In this document: positions 1-10,534 of the stretch, in pieces
How positions within the stretch are numbered: position 1 is the first letter of the stretch
Layout: every line of letters starts with the position of its first letter
Assembly (NCBI GenBank): GCA_963677595.1
Contig: OY782041.1
Location: 3,648,001 to 3,712,000, forward strand
From: Spirochaetia bacterium
GTDB lineage: Bacteria > Spirochaetota > Spirochaetia > CAKZLE01
Length of the DNA: 64,000 bases
Direction: 5' to 3'
Notes under the pieces: model-generated
What the model saw: only the letters and a program-made list of their open reading frames with translations
What the model was told of the DNA's origin: nothing
Database searches by the model: none
Translations under genes and position numbers: made by a program

Positions 1-429
1 GAAGCTGACACTGCCTGGATGCTCAGCCGGGATGATCTCATCCTCGGTGACGCATCGCTCGAGCTCCTTCAGGCCGGAATCAGCACCGACAGGAAGCGCT
101 CCCTTCCGTGAGATCTTCAGCCCGTTATACTGCTTGGGGTTGTGGCTCGCCGTGATCATCACGGAACCTGCGTAACCGAGGCTAGCCGTGGAGAAATAGA
201 CCATCGGGGTAGTGGAGAGCCCGATGGAGTGGACATCAGCCCCGGCATCGGTGATCCCCCGGCAGAGCTGGGAGAAGATCTCCTCTGAGCTCTCCCTGAC
301 ATCGCGTCCCACGAGGATCGTATCCGCTTCCAGCAGTCCCGGGAGGAAGAACCCTATCCGGTAGACATCTTCCCCGTTGAAATCACGGCCGTACACACCC
401 CTGATGTCATAAGCTTTGAAGGCCTTCAT
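1..429 (-). CDS. Phosphomannomutase/phosphoglucomutase (N-terminal part; runs off the window edge)
   Basis: Manual translation from ATG at 429: MKAFKAYDIRGVYG...VGRDVR...STTPMVYF...MITASHNPKQYNGLK. TASHNP is the phosphoserine motif of alpha-D-phosphohexomutases. The ATG overlaps the stop of 426..887. Confidence 0.93.
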   Translation of the reverse strand, partial: MKAFKAYDIRGVYGRDFNGEDVYRIGFFLPGLLEADTILVGRDVRESSEEIFSQLCRGITDAGADVHSIGLSTTPMVYFSTASLGYAGSVMITASHNPKQYNGLKISRKGALPVGADSGLKELERCVTEDEIIPAEHPGSVSF

Positions 430-887
430 GAATCTTTACTCTCTTTGATGAATGCCATGAACTCCTTGTCCTCGAGCAGCTCGATATACCAGTTGGGCTG
501 TTCGGAGAAGGAGAGCTCGATCAGGGACTGGGAGAAGAGCTTCTCGATCCCCGAGATCGGCGGTATATTGCTGCCGTCAGCCTTGCCGTCCATGACGCGG
601 CGGGCATAGGAAGCCCGGATCTTCTTGACTTCCTGTATGTCATCGAGCAGGCGGTAGGTCTTGAACTTCTCGTACTTCTTCTTGCTCCGGGAGAGGAAGT
701 CCATCAGTCCCGGCTGCTTCTCGAAGTCCTCGAAGATCAGTTTTCCGTTCACGACGTAGAGGAGTCCCCCGACATTCAGGACCGTCCCGTCGCTGAACCC
801 TACCATCCGGCAGTAGGTCTTGTATACGATCGGGCCACCGTTCTCCTGTTCCATCTTCTTAAGCAGATCTTCTGTTTCCTGATCCAT
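426..887 (-). CDS. Hypothetical protein
   Basis: 153-aa ORF with an AGGAG RBS and normal codon usage; ATGA coupling to the PMM gene; no recognised motif. Confidence 0.8.
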   Translation of the reverse strand: MDQETEDLLKKMEQENGGPIVYKTYCRMVGFSDGTVLNVGGLLYVVNGKLIFEDFEKQPGLMDFLSRSKKKYEKFKTYRLLDDIQEVKKIRASYARRVMDGKADGSNIPPISGIEKLFSQSLIELSFSEQPNWYIELLEDKEFMAFIKESKDS

Positions 888-950
888 ATAAAAGCTCCTT
901 TTCTATTCACACATAATCATATATACTTCATCCCAAAAAGGCAAACAGAT

Positions 951-2000
951 ATGAACTATGAACTGAAAGAGTTTAGGAAAATCATAAAATTCACCTACCA
1001 GCAGGTACGTAAGGAACTGCAGGATACCGGTACTGAGTGCATGCGGATCTATGACAGCAACATCCCAGCGTATCCGGTATCTGTGGAGCTGTATGGGGCC
1101 TATGCGAAAGTGCTCGACCTCTCAGACGGCACGCTTGATGAGCAGTCCGTCATCGATGCCGTCAGCAGCATGGCCTACGTGAAGCGGGACCAGGTGATCT
1201 ACCAGTACAGGAAGGCCCGGGAAGGGATAGAACAGCATTCAGTGATGAAGGAGTCCGGGGGAGTCGCCCCGTTCTTCGTCACCGAATCAGGCCTCTCCTT
1301 CAAGGTCGACCTCGAGACCCGGATCGATACCGGGCTCTTCCTCGACCACATGCCCACGAGGATGATGGTCAGGGAGTATGCAGCCGGCTGCCGGGTACTC
1401 AACCTCTTCTGCTATACTGGTTCCTTCTCGGTCTATGCGGCAGCAGGCGGGGCGAAGTTCGTCGAGTCGGTGGACCTCTCCAACACCTACCTTGGCATTG
1501 CCGAGGAGAACCTTGCCGAGAACGGGTTCTCAGGCGGGCTCTATCCCTGCACCCGGAGTGACGTGAAGACCTACCTGAAGGAACGGCCTGCCACGGCTGA
1601 GAAGTTCGATATCATCGTGCTTGACCCGCCCTCGTTCTCGAACAGCCACAACATGGACGGCACCCTCGATATCCAGCGTGACTACCCCGAGTATATCAGG
1701 CTGTGCATGAAGCACCTATCCAGGGAGGGGATCCTCATCTTCTCCACGAACCTGGCGACCTTCCACTTCGACCCGGGCCGGCTTCCCGGCTGCACCTGTG
1801 AGAACATCACGAAGCACACCATCCCCCCCGGTTTCTCCCAGAAGAGAAAACCCCATCTGTGCTGGGTCATCCGTCATGGGAAGGAAACAGCCAGGAGAGG
1901 ACATTCCCGGAAGCAAACGCGTGCACCTGGTCATCAGGGACGAGGGAGTTCTCGAAGAGGGCGTAGTAGTGGGAGTAGGAATCGACCTTCGAGAGGTTGA
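951..2000 (+). CDS. Class I SAM-dependent rRNA methyltransferase, RlmK/RlmI-like
   Basis: DTGLFLDH, VLNLFCYTGSFSVYAAAGGA, VDLS and DIIVLDPPSF motifs. Confidence 0.88.
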   Translation: MNYELKEFRKIIKFTYQQVRKELQDTGTECMRIYDSNIPAYPVSVELYGAYAKVLDLSDGTLDEQSVIDAVSSMAYVKRDQVIYQYRKAREGIEQHSVMKESGGVAPFFVTESGLSFKVDLETRIDTGLFLDHMPTRMMVREYAAGCRVLNLFCYTGSFSVYAAAGGAKFVESVDLSNTYLGIAEENLAENGFSGGLYPCTRSDVKTYLKERPATAEKFDIIVLDPPSFSNSHNMDGTLDIQRDYPEYIRLCMKHLSREGILIFSTNLATFHFDPGRLPGCTCENITKHTIPPGFSQKRKPHLCWVIRHGKETARRGHSRKQTRAPGHQGRGSSRRGRSSGSRNRPSRG

Positions 2001-3138
2001 CGAAGTAGTCGGAGCCGAACATGCTGCGAGAGAGGATACGTTCCTGTTCATCATGTGAGTAGAACTTCAACGACTCGATGAGATGGCGGTAGAAGCCTTC
2101 GCTTGCCCCGCTGAAGGAGAAATCCGCATAGACCTGGTCATAGTCCTGCATGAGCTGCAGGATATCGGTGAACCAGGTGTCCGTGATCGAGGAGTTGATC
2201 CTCAGGGAGGCTGAGGTCCTGTTCCTGAGACTTGCGCTCGGGCGGTACTGCCAGCCGTAGTGTGCGAAGTCGATGGCAAGGTCCGGGTAGTGCTTCAGCA
2301 CCTTCTCCCACCGCTTAGGTGAGGAGTAGTCCCAGGCAGTCTTCACCCCGATACTCCTGAAGCCCTGGTCATCACAGTGGGTGGTGACCGGGATCCCCCG
2401 TGAAACACAGTGATCATAGATGAATTCCGCCTTCTCGAGCTCCTCAGGCTCATCCTCGGGCCATGGGTCGAAATCGAGGGGAGGGTAGAACTTGACCCCG
2501 TGGCAGAACTGTGTCTCCCGCCTCCCTTCGGCATCGATGAGATAGGTGCCGAGGAGATGCTCGATGAAGTCAAGATCATGTGCGCGCGGGTTGATCCCAA
2601 GAAAGGGGAAGATGCGGAAGATGCCGGTCGGGGAGTGCTTCTGGTACAGATGTATACCCCTGCGGGTATCCTCAATATACCGGATCAGCTTCTCCTCGGG
2701 ATACTCATAGGTGTAGACGCCCTGTATGCGCTGTTCGGGATGCGAGAAGTCCATGATCATGGGGCAAAGCCCGATGTTCCGGTACTGCCGGTCCCTGAAT
2801 GTGAACAGCCCGTCTGAGATGAAGGGAGGGTGTTCTGCTGCCTGTTTCCCGGAGAAGCGGCTTGCCTTCTTCGGGCTGAAGGGTGTGGAGAGGTCCTCCT
2901 CCATGAGCCCGAAGATATCGCCGATGCTGCGGTCCATGAGGGACAGGATCATCTGCAGCCTGGAGAGCAGGCTGTTGGCATTGGAGGCAGAGGCGATATA
3001 GGTGGGGGAGAACATCCCGCTCACGGCCTCGTCGGTGAAATTGCTCTCTATCTCGTGGATGAAGGCCACGTAGTTGGGATGCCCGATAGACATCGCGTGC
3101 ATATGGGAGTCAAAGAAAATAGATTCTATCTCTGCCAT
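1867..3138 (-). CDS. Amidohydrolase family protein (metal-dependent hydrolase)
   Basis: DSHMH near the N-terminus, GVKFYPPL, PVTTHC, DFAHYG, YADFS and MFGSDY motifs. Confidence 0.85.
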   Translation of the reverse strand: MAEIESIFFDSHMHAMSIGHPNYVAFIHEIESNFTDEAVSGMFSPTYIASASNANSLLSRLQMILSLMDRSIGDIFGLMEEDLSTPFSPKKASRFSGKQAAEHPPFISDGLFTFRDRQYRNIGLCPMIMDFSHPEQRIQGVYTYEYPEEKLIRYIEDTRRGIHLYQKHSPTGIFRIFPFLGINPRAHDLDFIEHLLGTYLIDAEGRRETQFCHGVKFYPPLDFDPWPEDEPEELEKAEFIYDHCVSRGIPVTTHCDDQGFRSIGVKTAWDYSSPKRWEKVLKHYPDLAIDFAHYGWQYRPSASLRNRTSASLRINSSITDTWFTDILQLMQDYDQVYADFSFSGASEGFYRHLIESLKFYSHDEQERILSRSMFGSDYFVNLSKVDSYSHYYALFENSLVPDDQVHAFASGNVLSWLFPSHDG

Positions 3139-3161
3139 ATGGGCATCCCGTCCAGTGGTGC

Positions 3162-4862
3162 TCAGCTGATGCCGAGCTTCTTCTTCATCTTCGCCCAGGA
3201 GTCCCGCAGGGGGATCGTCCGGTTGAACACCAGGTTCCCGGAGGCCGAATCCTTCTCGTCAAGGCAGAAGTAGCCGGTCCTCATGAACTGCAGGTAGGAA
3301 TCGCCTGAAGTCTCCGCCAGTGAGGGTTCGAACTTGCAGCCGTCGATGACTTCGATCGAATCAGGGTTGAGGTCATCGAGGAAGCTGCCGGTCTTCTCTC
3401 CCGGGAACTCGGCGGTGAAGAGCTTGTCATAGAGCCGTACGGTGCCGTCCACGGCATGGGCGGCACTGACCCAGTGACTCGTTCCTCTCACCTTGCGTCC
3501 GTCCTCGGTCCAGCCTCCCCGTGAGTCGGGGTCGTAGGTACACTGCAGTTCCGTGATGTTCCCCTCAGGGTCCTTGATCACATCGGTGCAGGTGATGTAG
3601 TAGGCATGCTTGAGCCGGATCTCCCCGCCGGGGGAGAGCCGGAAGTACTTCTTCGGCGGGTTTTCCATGAAGTCCTCACGCTCGATGTAGATCTCCCGTG
3701 AGAAGGGGATCTTCCGTGTCCCCGCACTCTCGTCCTCCGGGTTGTTCTCGGCATCGAAGTACTCGACCTCACCTTCAGGGTAGTTGGTGATCACGACCTT
3801 CAGGGGATCGATCACGGCCATGACGCGCTGTGCCCGCATGTTCAGATCCTCCCTGAGACAGTGGTCGAGCAGGGCGTAGTCGACGACGCTGTTGGTCTTC
3901 GAGACCCCGATGGTCTTGGCGAAGAGGCGGAGCGACTCTGGAGAGAATCCCCTCCTGCGCAGCCCTGAGATCGTGGGCATCCGTGGGTCGTCCCAGCCTG
4001 AGACATAGCCTTCTTTCACCAGCTGCAGCAGGTACCGCTTGCTCATGACCGTGTAGGTCAGGTTGAGCCGTGCGAACTCGTACTGGTGGGGGACGGTCTT
4101 GATGCCGGAGTGTTCAACAGCCCAGTCATAGAGGGGGCGGTGATCCTCGAACTCGAGGGTGCAGATCGAGTGGGTGATCTCCTCGAAGGCGTCAGAGAGC
4201 GGGTGGGTGAAGTCGTACATCGGGTAGATGCTCCAGCTGTCACCCGTCCGGTGGTGTTCGGTCTTAAGGATCCGGTATAAGGCCGGGTCCCGCATGTTCA
4301 GGTTCGGCGAGGCCATGTCGATCTTCGCGCGAAGTACCAGGGAACCCTCCTCGTGGAGGCCTTTCCCCATCTCCTCGAAGAGGCGGAGGTTCTCCTCGAC
4401 GGGACGGTCCCGCCAGGGGCTGTTCTTCCCGGGTTCTTTCAGGGTGCCTCGGTAGGTCCGTACCTCCTCGGCAGAGAGTTCATCCACATAGGCCTTGCCG
4501 TCCCTGATGAGCATGACGGCGATCTCATGGAGCCGGTCGAAGTAGTCGGAGGCGTAATACTCATGCTCGCCCCAGTCGAAGCCGAGCCACTTGATGTCCC
4601 GCTTGATGGACTCGATGTACTCGATCTCCTCCTTCTCGGGGTTCGTATCGTCGAAGCGGAGGTGACAGCGTCCTTGGTATTGGTCAGCAAGCCCGAAGTT
4701 CAGGCAGATCGATTTCGCGTGCCCGATATGAAGATAGCCGTTCGGCTCAGGCGGAAACCTGGTGACGACCCCGGAATGCTTCCCGGAGGCCAGGTCCTGG
4801 TCGATGATCCTTTCGATGAAGTTACGGGAGGTAACCTCTGACGGTGCTGACTCAGTATTCAT
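3162..4862 (-). CDS. glnS: Glutamine--tRNA ligase
   Basis: [37 protein letters not shown] and [12 protein letters not shown]. Start placed at the ATG at 4862 after a GAGGAG RBS. Confidence 0.97.
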   Translation of the reverse strand: MNTESAPSEVTSRNFIERIIDQDLASGKHSGVVTRFPPEPNGYLHIGHAKSICLNFGLADQYQGRCHLRFDDTNPEKEEIEYIESIKRDIKWLGFDWGEHEYYASDYFDRLHEIAVMLIRDGKAYVDELSAEEVRTYRGTLKEPGKNSPWRDRPVEENLRLFEEMGKGLHEEGSLVLRAKIDMASPNLNMRDPALYRILKTEHHRTGDSWSIYPMYDFTHPLSDAFEEITHSICTLEFEDHRPLYDWAVEHSGIKTVPHQYEFARLNLTYTVMSKRYLLQLVKEGYVSGWDDPRMPTISGLRRRGFSPESLRLFAKTIGVSKTNSVVDYALLDHCLREDLNMRAQRVMAVIDPLKVVITNYPEGEVEYFDAENNPEDESAGTRKIPFSREIYIEREDFMENPPKKYFRLSPGGEIRLKHAYYITCTDVIKDPEGNITELQCTYDPDSRGGWTEDGRKVRGTSHWVSAAHAVDGTVRLYDKLFTAEFPGEKTGSFLDDLNPDSIEVIDGCKFEPSLAETSGDSYLQFMRTGYFCLDEKDSASGNLVFNRTIPLRDSWAKMKKKLGIS

Positions 4863-4978
4863 AACTAAATACCACTCCTCAAACAAGAAATTTGTACCAA
4901 TAGTAGCATAGTGAGCCTGTTTATGCTATATATGTGACAGATTAACTACGACAGATTGTGACATGAGAAGGATGGACT

Positions 4979-6322
4979 ATGGATCGCAAGCTTTACTCAC
5001 GCCTTATTCGACTCGCCCTACCCATCATGGGCATGCACCTGCTGCAGACCCTCTACAACCTCGCTGACAACTATTTCCTCGGGAAGCTGGGGAAGGAGGC
5101 TGTCTCCGCACCGTCAATATCGTTCAACATCACGTTCTTCCTCATCCTCTTCGGCAGCGGTTTCTCGACCGCGGGATCGACGCTCATCGCCCAGGCGAAG
5201 GGCAGGGGTGACTCCAACCGGGTCGAGTTCTATGCAGGCCAGACGCTGGGGATGCTCCTCGTTGTCTCCTTCCTCCTCATGGGCATCGGCCTGCTCCTGA
5301 TCGACCCGCTTCTGCAGCTCCTGCACGTTCCTGAAGGCCTGACCTATGAGGCTACCGGGACCTATATGCGGATCATCTTCTACGGGATGCCCTTCATGTT
5401 CACCGTCTTCGCCTGTACCGGTATCCTGCAGGGGGCCGGGAACAGCGTGACACCCTTGAAGATCCAGCTCGTGACGATCGGCCTGAACATCCTGCTCGAC
5501 TACCTCATGATCTTCGGGGTCGGGCCCTTCCCCGCGATGGGGGTCGCAGGTGCGGCCTGGGCTACGGTCATCTCCCGGGCCGTGTCGTCGCTGATCAACC
5601 TCCTGCTGCTCTCCTCGGGGACTCTCTCCCTGAAGCTGAGATGGCGGAACATCATACCTGACCGCCATGCCTGGAGGATGATCATCTCGATCGGCCTGCC
5701 GGCATCGATCGGGCAGGGTATATCGGCGCTGGGGTTCACCACCCTGCAGGGTATCGTGAACACCTTCGGCCCGGCAGTGATCGCCGCGTTCGGGGTCGGG
5801 GGGAGGATCATCGCCCTGTTCAACATGCCGGGCCAGGGGATCAGCCAGGCAACGGCCGTCATGGTCGGGCAGAGCCTCGGCGCGAAGGACCCGGACCGTG
5901 CGGTGCGTGCGGTACGGTACGGGATCGGCACCATAGCCGTCTTCATCGTCACCGGGATGAGCCTGACCTTCTTCTTCGGCAACCAGTTCGTCAGGTTCTT
6001 CGTGGACGACCCCGAGGTCATCGCCTACGGGGCGACCCTCTTCAGGATCGTCTCGATATCGGTCGTCTTCTTCGCCCTCTACACCGTGCTCGTCGGGGCA
6101 TTCCAGGGCGGCGGCGATACAAAACCCATCATGGTCATCCAGATCGTAAGGCTCTGGGGTGTCAGGGTCCCTGTCGCCTGGCTGCTGAGTATCGTGCTCG
6201 GCCTGGGGCCTGACGGTATCTGGTGGGGGATGTTCCTCTCTAATTCGCTCGTATTCCTCCTTCTGCTGCTGCTCTACCGTACCGGGCGCTGGAAACATCG
6301 GCTGAATCCTGATACTATTTGA
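4979..6322 (+). CDS. MATE family efflux transporter
   Basis: About 12 TM segments; LQTLYNLADNYFLGKLG, MGVAGAAWATVISR, MVGQSLGA and LGPDGIWWG. Confidence 0.93.
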   Translation: MDRKLYSRLIRLALPIMGMHLLQTLYNLADNYFLGKLGKEAVSAPSISFNITFFLILFGSGFSTAGSTLIAQAKGRGDSNRVEFYAGQTLGMLLVVSFLLMGIGLLLIDPLLQLLHVPEGLTYEATGTYMRIIFYGMPFMFTVFACTGILQGAGNSVTPLKIQLVTIGLNILLDYLMIFGVGPFPAMGVAGAAWATVISRAVSSLINLLLLSSGTLSLKLRWRNIIPDRHAWRMIISIGLPASIGQGISALGFTTLQGIVNTFGPAVIAAFGVGGRIIALFNMPGQGISQATAVMVGQSLGAKDPDRAVRAVRYGIGTIAVFIVTGMSLTFFFGNQFVRFFVDDPEVIAYGATLFRIVSISVVFFALYTVLVGAFQGGGDTKPIMVIQIVRLWGVRVPVAWLLSIVLGLGPDGIWWGMFLSNSLVFLLLLLLYRTGRWKHRLNPDTI

Positions 6323-6375
6323 GGAACTGTACTTTTATGATATAGTAGGATGACGGAGGATAAGCTAAAAGGCTC

Positions 6376-7662
6376 ATGAGCAGTTCATCGAAAGATACCA
6401 TACGGATCATCGGGATCGTATTACTCATCATCATCGCCTCACTGATCGGCTACGGTATCTATACGTGGACAGACTACCTCGACATGCGAGCCCAGGAGAA
6501 GGTCCTGCGGGATGCGGCACAGACCGTCCTCCGGGAGAAGGGGGAGACGGGACTGCTCGAACTTGCGGGTATCGCCGAAGACGAGGAAGCAGGTCCCCTG
6601 AAGATCATCGCCGATGCCCTCTCCGTATTCTCCAGCGAGGGCTATACCGATTTCTCTGCCGAGGAGCAGGAGAACATCGACATCTACGAACAGTACAACC
6701 GTGCGGTCGTCCATATCACCACGGAGAAATACAGCTACAACACCATCCTCGAGGCGGTGCCTGAGTCCGGTACCGGGTCAGGCTGCATCATCGACCAGGA
6801 GGGCCATATCGTCACGAACTTCCACCTGGTAGATGGCGTCGAGGAGGTCTATGTCAACCTCTACGATGGTACGAGCTATGACGGTGAGATCATCGGTGTC
6901 GACAAGGAGAACGACCTTGCCATCATCAAGATCGAGCCGAAGGGACAGAAGCTCACGACCATCGAGTTCGGTTCCTCGAAGAACCTCAAGATCGGGCAGA
7001 AGGTGCTGGCGATCGGGAACCCCTTCGGCTATGACCGGACCCTCACTGAGGGGGTCGTCTCAGGGCTCAATCGGCCGATCAAGACTGACGCGAACCTGAT
7101 CATGCTCAACATGATCCAGACAGACGCATCGATCAACCCCGGTAACTCCGGCGGGCCCATGCTCGACTCTCACGGCAGGATGATCGGGCTGAACACCACG
7201 ATCTACACGACTACCGGCTCCTCTATGGGGATCGGGTTCGCCGTCCCGGTCGACACGGCCATCAGGGTCATCCCTGAGCTGATCGAGTACGGCAAGGTGG
7301 TCAGGGGCTGGATCGATGTGAGCCCGGTCCAACTGGACAGCAGGATCGCCTCCTACGGGGACCTCCCCGTCGACGCAGGGATCCTCGTCTCCAAGGTCGA
7401 GGAGGGCGGCAAGGCTGAGGCTGCAGGTATCAGGGGCGGAGCCGAACGGGTCAAGTATGGGGACCTCATCTTCTTTCTCGATGGGGACATCATCGTCGAG
7501 ATCGGCGGTATCGAGATCACCGATTTCGCCGACTATTTCAGCGCGTTGGAATCTACCAAGCCCGGAGACACCATCGATATCGTGGTCATGCGCGGCGACA
7601 AGAGGATAACCCTCGATGTCGAACTCGTGGACCGGCCGCAGCAGTATGAGTGGAACGGGTAG
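6376..7662 (+). CDS. HtrA/DegP-type trypsin-like serine protease with PDZ domain
   Basis: N-terminal TM, TNFHLV, DLAIIK, IQTDASINPGNSGGP and a C-terminal PDZ domain. Confidence 0.93.
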   Translation: MSSSSKDTIRIIGIVLLIIIASLIGYGIYTWTDYLDMRAQEKVLRDAAQTVLREKGETGLLELAGIAEDEEAGPLKIIADALSVFSSEGYTDFSAEEQENIDIYEQYNRAVVHITTEKYSYNTILEAVPESGTGSGCIIDQEGHIVTNFHLVDGVEEVYVNLYDGTSYDGEIIGVDKENDLAIIKIEPKGQKLTTIEFGSSKNLKIGQKVLAIGNPFGYDRTLTEGVVSGLNRPIKTDANLIMLNMIQTDASINPGNSGGPMLDSHGRMIGLNTTIYTTTGSSMGIGFAVPVDTAIRVIPELIEYGKVVRGWIDVSPVQLDSRIASYGDLPVDAGILVSKVEEGGKAEAAGIRGGAERVKYGDLIFFLDGDIIVEIGGIEITDFADYFSALESTKPGDTIDIVVMRGDKRITLDVELVDRPQQYEWNG

Positions 7663-7664
7663 GC

Positions 7665-9653
7665 ATGCCGAAGTTCAGGGTCGCAGCAGAATATGAGCCG
7701 GCAGGGGACCAGCAGCAGGCGATCGACAGACTCTCTGAAGGGATCCTCGGTGATGATGAGATCATGACTCTCAAGGGGGTCACCGGATCCGGCAAGACCT
7801 TCACCATGGCAAAGATCATCGAGCAGGTACAGATGCCGACCCTCATACTCTCGCATAACAAGACCCTCGCAGCCCAGCTCTACCGGGAGTTCAAGTCCTT
7901 CTTCCCAGATAATGCCGTTGAGTATTTCGTCTCCTATTATGACTACTACCAGCCGGAGGCCTACGTCCCGGCAAAGGACCTCTACATCGAGAAGGACTCC
8001 TCGATCAACGAGGAGATCGACCGGATGCGGCTTGCCGCCACCTCCTCGCTCATGGAGCGCAGCGACGTGATCATCGTCGCGACGGTCTCCTGTATCTACG
8101 GGCTCGGCAATCCCGTCTCCTTCAAGGATATGAGACTCTCTTTCAGGAGGGGGGATCACTTCAACCACAGCGATGTCTTCGCCAAACTGGTCAGGATGCA
8201 GTACGAGCGCAATGATGCCATCCTCAAGCGTGGAGGGTTCCGCGTCCGGGGCGATGTCATCGAGATTCAGCCTGCCTACATGAAGGAGGCCTTCAGGATC
8301 CAGCTCGACTGGGATGAGATCGCCCTGATCACCCTCTTCAACCCGGTCTCGGGGGAGAACTATGATGACCCGGAATCAGTCATGCTCTATCCTGCAAAGC
8401 ACTTCGTCATACCCGAGGAGCAGGTGAGGATGGCTGTGGGTAAGATCAAGGATGAGGTCGAGCGGCAGTATGAGCAGTTCACCGCCGAGGGAAAGGTCAT
8501 GGAGGCCGAGCGGATCAAGACCCGCACGGAGTATGACCTCGAGATGCTCATGGAGATGGGCTACTGCTCAGGCATCGAGAACTACTCGCGGCACTTGAGC
8601 GGGAGGGAAGAGGGTGAGCGCCCCGCTGTATTGCTCGACTACTTCCCGGACCAGTTCCTCACCTTCATCGATGAGGCCCATGTGACCGTCCCGCAGATCG
8701 GGGGGATGTATGAGGGGGATCGCTCAAGAAAGCGGAACCTCGTCGACTTCGGCTTCAGGCTCCCCTCAGCCCTCGATAACCGGCCGCTCTTCTACCAGGA
8801 GTTCGATGACATGCTCTATAAGCGTATCTTCGTGACTGCTACCCCGAGAAAGGACGAGCTTGCGATATCGACGAAGGTCGTGGAGCAGATCATACGGCCT
8901 ACCGGCCTGCTCGACCCCGAGATAGACGTCAGGCCGACGCGGGGCCAGATCGAGGACCTCTACGGGGAGATCCGCAAGCGTACAGCCCTCAAGGAGCGAG
9001 TCTTGGTGACCACCCTCACCAAGAAGATGTCCGAGGACCTGACCGAATACCTCGCAGGTATCGGCGTGAAGGTACGCTACCTCCATTCCGAGATAGAGAC
9101 CATCGAACGGGTCGAACTGCTGCGGGACTTGCGGCTAGGTGAGTTCGATGTGCTCATTGGCATCAACCTCCTCCGCGAGGGGCTCGACCTGCCGGAGGTA
9201 TCGCTCGTCGCCATCCTTGATGCCGACAAGATCGGGTTCCTCCGGTCTGCGACCTCGCTGATCCAGACCATAGGCCGAGCGGCACGGAATGACCACGGAC
9301 AGGTCATCATGTATGCCGACAAGGTCTCGATCGCCATGAAGGAGGCCATCGCGGAGACTACCGAGCGCCGGAAGAAGCAAATGGCTTACAACGAGGAACA
9401 CGGTATCACCCCGATGAGCGTCCATAAAGCCATCCAGGACATCCTGCAGCGCAAGAAGCAGGATGACAAGGCCGACGTCCAGACAGACCTCGAAGTGCTG
9501 AAGCAGGGAGTGAACATCATCGTGCCTGCAGAGCGCAAGAAGCTCATCCGTGCCCTGGAGAAGCAGATGCTCGAACATGCTAAACAGCTCGAGTTCGAGA
9601 AGGCAGCTCTCCTGCGGGACGAGATCGAGGAGCTGAAGAAGCTCGGTAACTAA
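7665..9653 (+). CDS. uvrB: Excinuclease ABC subunit B
   Basis: GVTGSGKT, YYDYYQPEAY, GINLLREGLDLPEV, QTIGRAARN and a C-terminal UVR domain. Confidence 0.98.
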   Translation: MPKFRVAAEYEPAGDQQQAIDRLSEGILGDDEIMTLKGVTGSGKTFTMAKIIEQVQMPTLILSHNKTLAAQLYREFKSFFPDNAVEYFVSYYDYYQPEAYVPAKDLYIEKDSSINEEIDRMRLAATSSLMERSDVIIVATVSCIYGLGNPVSFKDMRLSFRRGDHFNHSDVFAKLVRMQYERNDAILKRGGFRVRGDVIEIQPAYMKEAFRIQLDWDEIALITLFNPVSGENYDDPESVMLYPAKHFVIPEEQVRMAVGKIKDEVERQYEQFTAEGKVMEAERIKTRTEYDLEMLMEMGYCSGIENYSRHLSGREEGERPAVLLDYFPDQFLTFIDEAHVTVPQIGGMYEGDRSRKRNLVDFGFRLPSALDNRPLFYQEFDDMLYKRIFVTATPRKDELAISTKVVEQIIRPTGLLDPEIDVRPTRGQIEDLYGEIRKRTALKERVLVTTLTKKMSEDLTEYLAGIGVKVRYLHSEIETIERVELLRDLRLGEFDVLIGINLLREGLDLPEVSLVAILDADKIGFLRSATSLIQTIGRAARNDHGQVIMYADKVSIAMKEAIAETTERRKKQMAYNEEHGITPMSVHKAIQDILQRKKQDDKADVQTDLEVLKQGVNIIVPAERKKLIRALEKQMLEHAKQLEFEKAALLRDEIEELKKLGN

Positions 9654-10534
9654 TCGGGGAAATAATCGATGAGGACCGGGTCATACGGTCCCCCGGAGAT
9701 GTGGGAATAGTAGTTCATATCCCCGGAAGCCCTGAACAACTCAAAGGTCTTTCCGTACAGCTCAGATAACGTCACATACCCATCCCCATTCCCGTCTGCG
9801 GCAACAGCATCCTCGTCTACCGTGTTGGTGCCGTGGATATAACCGAGTGCCTTCAGCAGGTAGTAGGTATAATACCCGTTCCTGATACTGTATGACTCAT
9901 ACGAGAGCTCATCCATCCCTGCAGCCGAGATCACGTGGATCGAGGGATACGGACTGGCTATGTCCGCCTGTGAGAAGAACCGGTCCCAGCTCTGGAAGAA
10001 GGCGGCAGGGAAGACTACCCCGGTATATGACTCGGGTAGCCCGTCAACATCGTAGCCGCCATCGGGCACGAAGCCCCCGGAGTTGCAGATATCGAGGATG
10101 ATGACCTTCTGCCCCGGGATCGCAGCCATTGCCTCCATGAGCTCCGTGCTGCTGATCGCACCGGGGGTGCCGCCGCTCAGGTAGGGGTAGAGGTAGGAGA
10201 GTTCCCCGTCAGTGGATCCGTGACCGGAGAAGTAGAAGAGGGTGACGTCATCCGCAGTTGAGACATCAGCCTGGGCGTCTATATCAGCGAGGATCTCAGC
10301 CTTGGTGGAGTTCTGCGTATGGGAACCGGTGAAACCCAGGGCCTGGAAGGCTGTCTCCATGTCGATACCGTCGTAGACAGTGTTCTCCAGATTTTTCAGA
10401 CCGTCTGCACCGCTGTAGTTGACCGAGTAGATCATGGCATACCGGTTCACGATTACATCTTCCTTGTTGAGGAAGCAGGATGTGAGCATGATGCCGAGGA
10501 GCAGGAACATCAGGAATCGTGCCGTACGTCTCAT
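9650..10534 (-). CDS. Caspase-family (peptidase C14) lipoprotein
   Basis: Lipobox LTSC; FYFSGHG (His) and ILDICNSGG (Cys) catalytic dyad; DGNGDGYVTLSEL EF-hand-like motif. Confidence 0.85.
   Translation of the reverse strand: MRRTARFLMFLLLGIMLTSCFLNKEDVIVNRYAMIYSVNYSGADGLKNLENTVYDGIDMETAFQALGFTGSHTQNSTKAEILADIDAQADVSTADDVTLFYFSGHGSTDGELSYLYPYLSGGTPGAISSTELMEAMAAIPGQKVIILDICNSGGFVPDGGYDVDGLPESYTGVVFPAAFFQSWDRFFSQADIASPYPSIHVISAAGMDELSYESYSIRNGYYTYYLLKALGYIHGTNTVDEDAVAADGNGDGYVTLSELYGKTFELFRASGDMNYYSHISGGPYDPVLIDYFPD

Noticed and set aside
4932-4965. GACAGATT direct repeats upstream of the MATE gene
   Set aside because: Only two short copies and no adjacent regulator; too weak to call an operator.
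5114-6298. Long antisense or alternative-frame ORFs (e.g. 5114..6298, 12738..13631, 28982..30334, 30359..31969, 40777..41805, 58587..59696)
   Set aside because: They are shadows of well-supported genes on the opposite strand, expected from high-GC codon bias; they have no motifs or RBS.
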